DNA from: Bacteroidales bacterium
Lineage (GTDB): Bacteria > Bacteroidota > Bacteroidia > Bacteroidales > UBA3824
Length of the DNA: 64,000 bases
Assembly: GCA_016293845.1 (NCBI GenBank)
Contig: JAEDDH010000010.1
Location: 4,104-68,103 of the forward strand
Direction of reading: 5' to 3'
A program made the translations under genes and the position numbers. Shown here one piece after another: positions 56,879-64,000 of the stretch. Each line of letters starts with the position of its first letter. The first letter of the stretch is position 1. The notes beneath the pieces are model-generated. The model was not told the DNA's origin and made no database searches. It worked only from the letters and a program-made list of their open reading frames with translations.

Positions 56879-56918
56879 CTTTCGCGGTATTAGTTCTTGC
56901 TCTTTAATACAGCGAATT

Positions 56919-57146
56919 ATGCACATAGGGCATATCATAGAACAGGAGCTTCAAAAACGCGGCTGCACAAAAACGTGGCTCGCCAAGCAACTCTATTGTC
57001 ATCGTACAAATGTAGGAAACATTCTCAAACGTCAGAGCATCGACACCGAGCAACTATTGAAAATATCTGAGATTCTTGGCGTGGATTTTTTCGTGTATTA
57101 TGTAAATGAATATGAAGACCGTGAAAATAATTCTCGTTTGCGATAA
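56919..57146 (+). CDS. XRE-family helix-turn-helix protein
   Basis: 75 aa. KRGCTKTWLAKQLYCHRTNVGNILKRQSIDTEQLLKISEILGV has the HTH_3/HTH_26 pattern. Confidence 0.7.
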   Translation: MHIGHIIEQELQKRGCTKTWLAKQLYCHRTNVGNILKRQSIDTEQLLKISEILGVDFFVYYVNEYEDRENNSRLR

Positions 57147-57225
57147 TTATTTGCTACAAAATCCGTAGGATGGGTATTGAATAATGCTGTTATTTTGCGG
57201 TATAAAAAATTAAACTCCAACTAAT

Positions 57226-57854
57226 ATGAAAAAGAAAATAATTTTATTGGCAGCCGCTATTGCAGGATTGACGAGTATTGCATCGGCGCAAAAGACCACC
57301 ACTGTTCTTGAAGTAAACGTTACTGAGGCAAGAACTACCGATGCTGTAACAAGAGTTCACGCACGTCCCATAGTTTGTGACGTTAAAATGAAGACCTATC
57401 AACAAGGTGCCGATTGGTGCAGAGAAAGTGATTTTAATCTCATTGACAAATCAACCAACCGTTTTACAGATTTTTGGTTCTTGACAACAGAAGACCTCAA
57501 CGCCTTTATAAGCAACGATGGTAGAACCACAATGGACGAATTAACCGTTCAATTAAGAAGTTACGGAATGTTTCGTTCGCAGCAATACCACAAATGCGAT
57601 GTTGTGATTGCCCCGATTTTAACTGGCGTTCTGCATCGAATGATGAAAAGCAGAAGCGTGGTGCCCACTATGTGGTAACAATCAGCGGATACGCAGCTGA
57701 TTTTGTAAACTTCAAAAACGCATCCGACGAAGACCTCAACCTTATTATCAAAAACGACAACATAGGTAGCCGTGGATATGGTAGCAACGGTCTGATTCCT
57801 ATTATGTCTAATGCCAAGCCAACCGACTTTACCATTCACGGAACAACAGAATAA
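57226..57854 (+). CDS. Secreted/lipoprotein-like hypothetical protein, interrupted by a 1-nt frameshift within 57594-57678
   Basis: The signal peptide is MKKKIILLAAAIAGLTSIASAQ. ORF 57226..57678 ends in implausible sequence, while the overlapping frame (57594..57854) continues as FNWRSASNDEKQKRGAHYVVTISGYAADFVNFKN.... The likely slip is at the C4/T4 runs at 57611-57620. Confidence 0.55.
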
Positions 57855-57884
57855 ATTATATAACCCAATAACAATAGAAAAAAG

Positions 57885-58553
57885 ATGAAAAAGATATTTT
57901 TATTACTGACGGCACTTGTTTCGTTCGCCACAGTGTCAAATGCGCAGATTGTACGTTCAAAAAGCAGCAAAACCGTTACCACAACAGTTGAAAAAGAACC
58001 AACTGAAACTATAAAGTATATGAGGCTCGGACTTAACTTGATGAAAATCGGCGGCGATGGCGTTTCTGATGCGACAAAAAACTATATGAAATCAAACCTT
58101 GGTTACCAAATAATCTGGGGTTTTGAAAAACCTCTCGGTCCACTTTTCTGGGGAATGGAATATGGTCTCAGTTCGCGTGGCTACAAATTAGAATTTGGCA
58201 ATGAGGATGAAAAACTGTTTGTCCACAGTGGTATTTTTTCTCCTTTTAATCTTGGCTACAAATATGGAATAACCGACGAATTGGCAGTTGAAGGGCACGT
58301 AGGCGCATACATAAGCGGTGACTATTTTGGTAAATACAAAGAAACTGATGAAGATGGAGAATCCTATGAAGCATCAATTTATGACTTTGATGATTGGTAG
58401 TATCTTGATGCAGGTATGCAGTTCGGTTTTGGTTTGTGGTATAACCAAATTGGCATTGACTTTCTCATCCAAAAAGGATTTATAAATATGTTTGAAGATG
58501 TTAAATTTCACACCTCCAATTTTATGATTCGTTTTGGAGTTGCATTCTTCTTT
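57885..58553 (+). pseudogene. Small OM beta-barrel protein (OMP_b-brl-like) with an in-frame TAG at 58398-58400
   Basis: The signal peptide is MKKIFLLLTALVSFATVSNAQ. The reading ...SIYDFDDW*YLDAGMQFGFGLWYNQIGIDF...FMIRFGVAF continues in the same frame across the TAG and ends with a typical barrel terminus (RFGVAF). Confidence 0.6.
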
Positions 58554-58649
58554 TCTACTGCATTTCGTGTAGCCGACAAACACGTGTATGTAAACCAAAC
58601 AGATTTGAAAGCAATTCCGCAGATTTCCATTACTAAGAAAGAGATTGGA

Positions 58650-59003
58650 ATGGAAAAATATGCTGAATTAAAAAAAACTTCCGACAAGGCAATAGTTGAC
58701 GAGTTTAACGTTTTGAATAACGATTTGATGCAAGAAATATGCGACTTTATCGGTTCCAACACTCCTGAGTCAATGATAACAAATTGGGATAATATTGTAT
58801 CAAAACGTGTTACTGAGGGTATGACTATGACCGAGACCAAACTTGCTTTGGGACCTCCTCAATCTGAAGTGGAAGGTAACACAGAAACACAATGGATATA
58901 CGGTTTATCGCTGATTGTTTATTTTGATGACGGTAAAGATTATAATCAAGCAACCAAAACTTTTGTAAAGAGAGATAAAAAAGTTACAAGAATTTTGAGA
59001 TAG
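58650..59003 (+). CDS. Hypothetical protein with BamE/SmpA_OmlA-like C-terminal pattern
   Basis: An internal ATG at 58650 is preceded by the purine-rich AAGAAAGAG. VTEGMTMTETKLALGPPQSEVEGNTETQWIYG resembles the SmpA/OmlA motif. It lies in the same open frame as the upstream barrel, with no intervening stop. Confidence 0.35.
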   Translation: MEKYAELKKTSDKAIVDEFNVLNNDLMQEICDFIGSNTPESMITNWDNIVSKRVTEGMTMTETKLALGPPQSEVEGNTETQWIYGLSLIVYFDDGKDYNQATKTFVKRDKKVTRILR

Positions 59004-59089
59004 TTTTCAGCACAATATTAATGAGCACTTTTTTCACGTAATTTTGGGGACGGATTATTTATTAATTCGCTCGTTTTTTTATAATTCTG

Positions 59090-60244
59090 TTATTTTTTCA
59101 CAATCTCATACCTTTTGTGAAAATACATAAACAGCAAGCACCCCGTTATTTCAAAAGGAATACCCCACGCGGCAGAGACGTTTTCGGCGCAGCCTGCAAG
59201 TATAGGCAGTCCGCCCAAGAACGCTCCTGCCGCGTTTCCTACATTAAATGCCACCTGCACAAGCGCACCGCCGAGTTTTTCACCGCCCTTGCCGTGCTTG
59301 ATGATGAGAAATTGCTGCGGCGACGATAGCGCAAACAAACAGAATGTGCTCATAAACATCATCGCCACCATTATCCACGGATTGGCTCCAAATATCAGTA
59401 TCACAGTGAGAATCACAGCCGTAGAGCCTTGAATAATACCAGCCACAAGTCCCATAGGATAATGGTCGCAAATCTTGCCCGAAATCAAGTTGCCCGCCAC
59501 CATACCTGCACCTGCCGTTACCATAAGTATGGGCAAGGTGTTTTCTGAAAAACCTGCCACATTGGTGAGTATCGGGTTGATATACGAATACATACAGAAT
59601 ATTCCGCAATTGCCTGTAAACGTGGCGAATATCACAAGCCACGGCGCAAGGTGTTTTAAGAATTTAAAACGGTCGCGCACACGCTGTGTAATCTCGTTTT
59701 CTACATCGGGAACAAACATCTTGATGCCGATACCCGTTACGAGAGCCGCCGCAGCCACCAACATAAATATAGTGCGCCACGAAAAATTGTTGCTCAAAAA
59801 CGTTCCCACAGGCACTCCCAGCAGGTTTGCTACCGTCATACCCGACACCATAATGGCAATAGCGGTAGATTCTTTGCCCTTTCCTCCAAGTTTAGAGGCA
59901 ATGATGGTTCCTATTCCGAAATACGCCCCGTGAGGCAGTCCCGAAATAAAACGACAAGCCATAAGTGCGTAATAGTTAGGAGCAAACGCTGCCAAAATGT
60001 TTCCTGTAAGCATCAGAACCGCCAAAAAAATCAGCACGCTTTTTAGCCTGTATTTTTCTACCGACAACAGAATCACAGGAGCACCGAAACTTACGCCAAG
60101 GGCATACGCCGAAATAAGGTGTGCCGCCTCGGGAATAGAGATGTTCAAATCATTAGCCACAAACGACAATATTCCCGGCATCACAAACTCAGCCATTCCA
60201 AGAACAAACGTACCAAGGGATAAGGCAATAAGAGAGGTTTTCAT
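59090..60244 (-). CDS. MFS transporter (DHA1-like, 12 TM)
   Basis: 384 aa with twelve hydrophobic segments. An MFS loop 2-3-like motif lies near MACRFISGLPHGAYFG. Confidence 0.85.
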   Translation of the reverse strand: MKTSLIALSLGTFVLGMAEFVMPGILSFVANDLNISIPEAAHLISAYALGVSFGAPVILLSVEKYRLKSVLIFLAVLMLTGNILAAFAPNYYALMACRFISGLPHGAYFGIGTIIASKLGGKGKESTAIAIMVSGMTVANLLGVPVGTFLSNNFSWRTIFMLVAAAALVTGIGIKMFVPDVENEITQRVRDRFKFLKHLAPWLVIFATFTGNCGIFCMYSYINPILTNVAGFSENTLPILMVTAGAGMVAGNLISGKICDHYPMGLVAGIIQGSTAVILTVILIFGANPWIMVAMMFMSTFCLFALSSPQQFLIIKHGKGGEKLGGALVQVAFNVGNAAGAFLGGLPILAGCAENVSAAWGIPFEITGCLLFMYFHKRYEIVKK

Positions 60245-60475
60245 TGTTAAATCTACTAATTAAAAGCCTGATAGCATCTTTAATTTTGACGGCAAAAGTA
60301 GTTATTTTTTGCTTGATAACGAACGATTGCTAATTTATCTCTTTATTAAGATATATTATATTAAAAATCAATGCTATAATTAAATTTTGAAAAAAAATAT
60401 CAATAAAATAACAAAAAACTTGACTGTGAATCATTATTATCCGTATATTGCAACAATTCAGAAATTGAAATCGAA

Positions 60476-60648
60476 AGAGCGTTTGCTTGGGCTGACTTCC
60501 TGAAATACGACCAAAATTTATCAGTTTAATTGTCAGCACTTGCGAATGCTCGCATCCCTATAAAGGGTGTGGGCTTACTTTGTAGTAATTATTGGGCTTT
60601 GGTCGGCCTTTCAGGAAACTATAAAGATGCACGCATCCTTTCTTTTTT
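60476..60648 (+). ncRNA. Structured RNA candidate B, paralog of element A
   Basis: P1 TTCCTGAAA (60497-505) pairs with TTTCAGGAA (60609-17). P2 CGACCAAA (60508-15) pairs with TTTGGTCG (60598-605). The apical hairpin is GCTCGCA (60548-54), CCCT-ATAA-AGGG, TGTGGGC (60568-74). GATG-CACG-CATC plus a T-rich run lies at 60626-48. It shares AGCGTTTGC and AATGCTCGCA...TGYGGGCTTAC with element A. Confidence 0.45.
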
Positions 60649-60690
60649 AGTTTCTATTTAAAATTATTGTTTAACTAAAAAAGAGAAACT

Positions 60691-61110
60691 ATGGCAAACA
60701 ATGACGATTTTTCCAGTGATTTGTGGAACTTAACTGCCGCTGCTGCGACTCTTGTTCATCCTGTTGCAGGTGTGGCTGTGAAAGGAATCCAATTTATGTA
60801 TAAGCATTTTTCCAGTAGCGACTTTGATGGGAACATTCCAAAAGACCGTATCAGAAACTACCAAGAGCCTGTTCTATCGAAACGAAGACTCGCGGAGATA
60901 TCGAAAGCAAACAAAGTACCCTCTGCAACAGAAGTGTACGCTCGAAAAGAAATGTTACTAGACTCTTACAGCATTACACTCACCTATGGAATTAACGGAG
61001 AACCATTTCCGCCTATGCGGAATAATTTTGTTGTTATTATATCAAAAGAATTAAATAGCGACATTGACTCACTGTTTGGTAATGACGAACTGATAATCAT
61101 AAAAAAATAA
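60691..61110 (+). CDS. Hypothetical protein (no recognisable domain)
   Basis: 139 aa. It starts 43 nt after RNA element B, and the ACP-like gene follows 28 nt downstream. Confidence 0.5.
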   Translation: MANNDDFSSDLWNLTAAAATLVHPVAGVAVKGIQFMYKHFSSSDFDGNIPKDRIRNYQEPVLSKRRLAEISKANKVPSATEVYARKEMLLDSYSITLTYGINGEPFPPMRNNFVVIISKELNSDIDSLFGNDELIIIKK

Positions 61111-61138
61111 TAGTTAAATATACTAAAACGTAGAAATT

Positions 61139-61402
61139 ATGTCAGATATTAAGAACAAAGTAAAAGAGATTGTTGTCAATCAATTAGGAGTTGACGAGGC
61201 AGAAGTAACAGACGCAGCAAGTTTTACAAATGACTTGGGTGCTGACTGTTTAGATACTGTCGAGTTAGTGATGCAATTCGAAAAGGAGTTTAATATATAT
61301 GCTCCTGATACTGTATGGGAAAGACTCGCCACTGTCGGAGAAGTGGTGGATTATATCGAACGGCAACTGGCACCTGAGGTTAGAGATGAAGGATTTTTGT
61401 AG
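61139..61402 (+). CDS. Acyl carrier protein paralog with Cys in place of the phosphopantetheine-attachment Ser
   Basis: 87 aa. [44 protein letters not shown] aligns with the AcpP core, in which the motif is LGADSLDTVEL. The codon at 61247-61249 is TGT. Confidence 0.8.
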   Translation: MSDIKNKVKEIVVNQLGVDEAEVTDAASFTNDLGADCLDTVELVMQFEKEFNIYAPDTVWERLATVGEVVDYIERQLAPEVRDEGFL

Positions 61403-61424
61403 TCAACCTTAGTATCAATATCCA

Positions 61425-61639
61425 TTTTTATTGTCCATAAACAATAAAATTAAAAATTTTGCAGATTTGTTATCTATGGACAATAAAAATTGTTTACCAA
61501 ATCTGCAATAAAATCACCACATTTGGTAAACAATTTTTTGTAAAATATTTGTATTTTGTAGATATTCAGTGAGTTGTAGTGTATAAAAATTATTTACCAA
61601 ATCTGTAATAAAATTACCACATTTGGTAAACAATTTTTA
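61425..61639. repeat. Three AT-rich long hairpins; the last two are ~54-bp direct repeats 101 bp apart
   Basis: H1 is TTTTTATTGTCCATA (61425-39) with TATGGACAATAAAAA (61475-89). The R1 copy (61485-61539) is AAAAATTGTTTACCAAATCTGCAATAAAATCACCACATTTGGTAAACAATTTTTT. The R2 copy (61586-61639) is the same with 3 substitutions plus a variant last base. Each contains a 12-13 bp inverted repeat (TTTACCAAAT/ATTTGGTAAA core). Confidence 0.85.
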
Positions 61640-61649
61640 TGGCTCTATA

Positions 61650-63470
61650 TTACAACTCCCTTACAGCACCTTTATCTGCGCTGGAAGCGTGTGCGGCGTA
61701 GAATTGAAGGGCGCGGGATACTTTGCGGTTGCGCTTGGGACGGTAGCCGTTGGGGTCGGAATCCATTTTTTGACGGCGAGATTCTAACTCTTGGTCGGAG
61801 ATTTTGAGGTTGACACTGCGGTTGAGAATGTCAAACTCTATGATATCACCGTCTTCAATGAGTGCAAACTCACCGTGCGATGCCGCCTCGGGACTAACGT
61901 GTCCAACCGAAAGTCCTGATGTGCCGCCCGAGAAACGTCCGTCGGTTATCAAAGCACATTTATCGCCTAAGTGTTTAGATTTGAGGTACGAAGTGGGGTA
62001 GAGCATCTCCTGCATACCCGGTCCGCCTTTCGGACCTTCGTATTTGATTACCACCACGTCGCCAGCCTTCACTTTGCCGCCGAGAATTGCCTCAACAGCC
62101 TGTTCTTGTGAGTCGTAAACCTTGGCTGTGCCTGAAAATTTGAATATTTTTTCGCTAACGCCTGCGGTTTTTACCACGCATCCGTCTTTGGCAATATTGC
62201 CGAAAAGCACTGCAATGCCGCCGTCTTTGGTGTAGGCGTGGGCAATGTCGCGGATACAGCCGTTGGTGCGGTCGGTGTCGAGGGTTTCCCAACGGGCATC
62301 TTGCATACCCACTTTCAAAAGTCCTATTGCACCGCTTGCTGCCGAAGTGTATATATTTTTAACATCTTCGGGAGTGTTATTTGAGAGAATAGAATATTTT
62401 TTTACAGCATCACCGAGGGTGAGACCGTCAACACGTTTGCAATCAAGGTCAAGAAGATTACCCTTAGCAAGTTCGCCCATTATGCCGAGAATGCCTCCAG
62501 CGCGGTTTACCTCCTCTACGTGATAATCGTGAGTGTTGGGCGCAACCTTGCAGATACACGGCACACGGCGCGAAAGTTCGTCTATATCCTTCATCTTAAA
62601 GTCAACGCCAGCCTCGCGAGCCACAGCCAAAAGGTGCAGAACAGTATTTGTAGAGCCTCCCATAGCGATGTCCAAAGCCATTGCGTTGATAAATGCCGGT
62701 TTGGTGGCTATGCTGAGCGGAAGCATTGAGGTGTCGTTGTCGCGGTAATATTTGTAGGCGAGTTCCACAATGCGGCGTCCGCCTTGTTTGAATAGTTCTA
62801 CACGGTTTCGGTGAGTAGCCACGATAGTGCCGTTGCCGGGGAGCGAAAAGCCGAGAGCCTCGGTAAGGCAGTTCATAGAATTGGCTGTAAACATACCCGA
62901 GCAACATCCGCAAGTTGGGCAAGCAATCTTTTCTACCTTAGCGAGTTCCTCCTCCGAAACGGAATCATCACCGCCCATAATCATAGCGTCGATGAGGTCG
63001 ATTTTGCCATCCTTGTAACGTCCGGCTTCCATTGGTCCGCCCGAAACAAACACTGTGGGGATATTCAGGCGCATAGCCCCCATAAGCATACCGGGAGTAA
63101 TTTTGTCGCAGTTTGATATGCACACCAAAGCGTCGGCCTTGTGAGCCACGCACATATATTCCACGCTGTCGGCAATGATTTCGCGCGAAGGTAGCGAGTA
63201 GAGCATACCGTCGTGACCCATTGCTATGCCGTCGTCGATGGCTATGGTGTTAAACTCGGCGGCAAAACATCCGAGGTCTTCAACTGTTTGTTTCACTATT
63301 TTGGCGCACTCGTCGAGATGTACGTGACCGGGTACAAACTGTGTAAACGAGTTGGCTATTGCTATAATCGGTTTCCCGAAATGTTCTTTTCTCATACCGT
63401 TGGCACGCCACAATCCACGGGCGGCAGCCATCAAACGGCCGGTAGTGTTAACTTTGCTTTTTAAATCCAT
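61650..63470 (-). CDS. ilvD: Dihydroxy-acid dehydratase
   Basis: 606 aa. The IlvD/Edd motifs [18 protein letters not shown] and [14 protein letters not shown]-like ([24 protein letters not shown]) are present. Confidence 0.97.
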   Translation of the reverse strand: MDLKSKVNTTGRLMAAARGLWRANGMRKEHFGKPIIAIANSFTQFVPGHVHLDECAKIVKQTVEDLGCFAAEFNTIAIDDGIAMGHDGMLYSLPSREIIADSVEYMCVAHKADALVCISNCDKITPGMLMGAMRLNIPTVFVSGGPMEAGRYKDGKIDLIDAMIMGGDDSVSEEELAKVEKIACPTCGCCSGMFTANSMNCLTEALGFSLPGNGTIVATHRNRVELFKQGGRRIVELAYKYYRDNDTSMLPLSIATKPAFINAMALDIAMGGSTNTVLHLLAVAREAGVDFKMKDIDELSRRVPCICKVAPNTHDYHVEEVNRAGGILGIMGELAKGNLLDLDCKRVDGLTLGDAVKKYSILSNNTPEDVKNIYTSAASGAIGLLKVGMQDARWETLDTDRTNGCIRDIAHAYTKDGGIAVLFGNIAKDGCVVKTAGVSEKIFKFSGTAKVYDSQEQAVEAILGGKVKAGDVVVIKYEGPKGGPGMQEMLYPTSYLKSKHLGDKCALITDGRFSGGTSGLSVGHVSPEAASHGEFALIEDGDIIEFDILNRSVNLKISDQELESRRQKMDSDPNGYRPKRNRKVSRALQFYAAHASSADKGAVREL

Positions 63471-63565
63471 GACTGAATGTTTGTATTTTTTTGTAGGGCG
63501 AAGATAATATAATTTTTGCTTTTCTGCTCGCTTTTTTGTAATTTTGCCGTCAAAATTCAGAAAAT

Positions 63566-64000
63566 ATGGAACTTTATACCCGGATTATTAAGTTTCTAGC
63601 CTTTGCCTGTTGTGCAGCGTTTGTTTTTTTGATACCATTTGGGTGGCAGAGCGCAAATTATATTTTGGGTTCGTTTGCGCTGTTTGCGGTGATGAATCCC
63701 AAGTTGTATAGCAATTTTAAGAGCACAAGGCTATCATTTGCCGAAAAAGCGGTGCTTGCATTAACTGCGACATATATCATTTGGGAATTTGTTACAATGC
63801 TTTGGACATTTAATACAGGGCGAGGAATGAAAGTAATAACCCGTCATTTGCCGCTGTTTGCTATGCCGTGCCTAATGGTGGTTGCCAAGATAGGTAAAAT
63901 AATCAAACGCCCCGGTGTTATATTGCAGATATTCTGCCTTGGTGTGTTAGTGTCGATGGTGTTGTGCTTGATATTGTCGTATCGCGATAGTTTGTACGTG
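63566..64000 (+). CDS. Polytopic membrane protein, possibly O-antigen ligase family (5' part; runs off the window end)
   Basis: From the ATG at 63566 the frame is open to the window end: [42 protein letters not shown].... Several TM helices are present. The family call is tentative. Confidence 0.4.
   Translation, partial: MELYTRIIKFLAFACCAAFVFLIPFGWQSANYILGSFALFAVMNPKLYSNFKSTRLSFAEKAVLALTATYIIWEFVTMLWTFNTGRGMKVITRHLPLFAMPCLMVVAKIGKIIKRPGVILQIFCLGVLVSMVLCLILSYRDSLYV

Noticed and set aside
60330-60539. 69-aa minus-strand ORF overlapping RNA element B. The 60-aa ORF at 19557..19739 belongs to the same category.
   Set aside because: Both lie in AT-rich intergenic sequence, have implausible Ile/Phe/Asn-rich composition and no start context, and overlap better-supported non-coding features.
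61485-61639. The possibility that the two ~54-bp repeats are a mini CRISPR array.
   Set aside because: There are only two copies, differing at 3-4 positions. The repeats are long internal palindromes, the spacer of about 46 bp is very AT-rich, and there are no cas genes in the window. A terminator or REP-like element is more likely.
1-64000. A search by eye of the intergenic regions for tRNA, rRNA, tmRNA, CRISPR arrays, integrases and IS transposases.
   Set aside because: I found none. A visual scan cannot exclude short or degenerate tRNA-like elements, so tRNAscan-SE or Infernal would be needed for certainty.

Overview
The window looks like a Bacteroidota (probably Bacteroidales) chromosomal segment. 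The evidence is gene content, frequent TAnnTTTG -7 promoter boxes just upstream of starts, and a PDDEXK_2/Rpn-type nuclease. The backbone is housekeeping: lepA (partial), dusB, ubiX, class I fumarate hydratase, a MurF-like/alanine racemase fusion, truA, glyQS, an aminotransferase, purD, valS, a GH51 arabinofuranosidase and ilvD. Interspersed are envelope genes: two TonB-dependent/OM beta-barrel receptors, several small beta-barrels and lipoproteins, MscS and an MFS transporter. I saw no rRNA, tRNA, CRISPR array, integrase or transposase other than the Rpn-like nuclease.

Items worth a second look:
1. Two paralogous ~170-215 nt structured RNA candidates (56663-56878 and 60476-60648). They share the core AAUGCUCGCA-hairpin-UGYGGGCUUAC, and each ends in a terminator about 40 nt upstream of a small gene.
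2. An AcpP-like protein whose phosphopantetheine-attachment Ser is Cys, followed by a trio of AT-rich hairpin repeats.
3. An FHA / PP2C-LysM / Hanks kinase-SH3b module next to an alanine racemase whose MurF-like domain has lost its P-loop.
4. A same-strand string of sigma-like, anti-sigma-like, two tandem GTPases and a PrsW protease.
5. A lone NACHT-type STAND NTPase.
6. A 694-aa single-pass membrane protein with an unassigned cytoplasmic head and WG repeats.
7. A decayed island of AAA ATPase, VWA and MoxR-like remnants.

At least seven genes are disrupted: single-base frameshifts (some in short homopolymers), an in-frame TAG, or truncation. This is either real gene decay or phase variation, or consensus error in the assembly, and I cannot tell which from one sequence. 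All family assignments come from motif recognition by eye. No database search was run.
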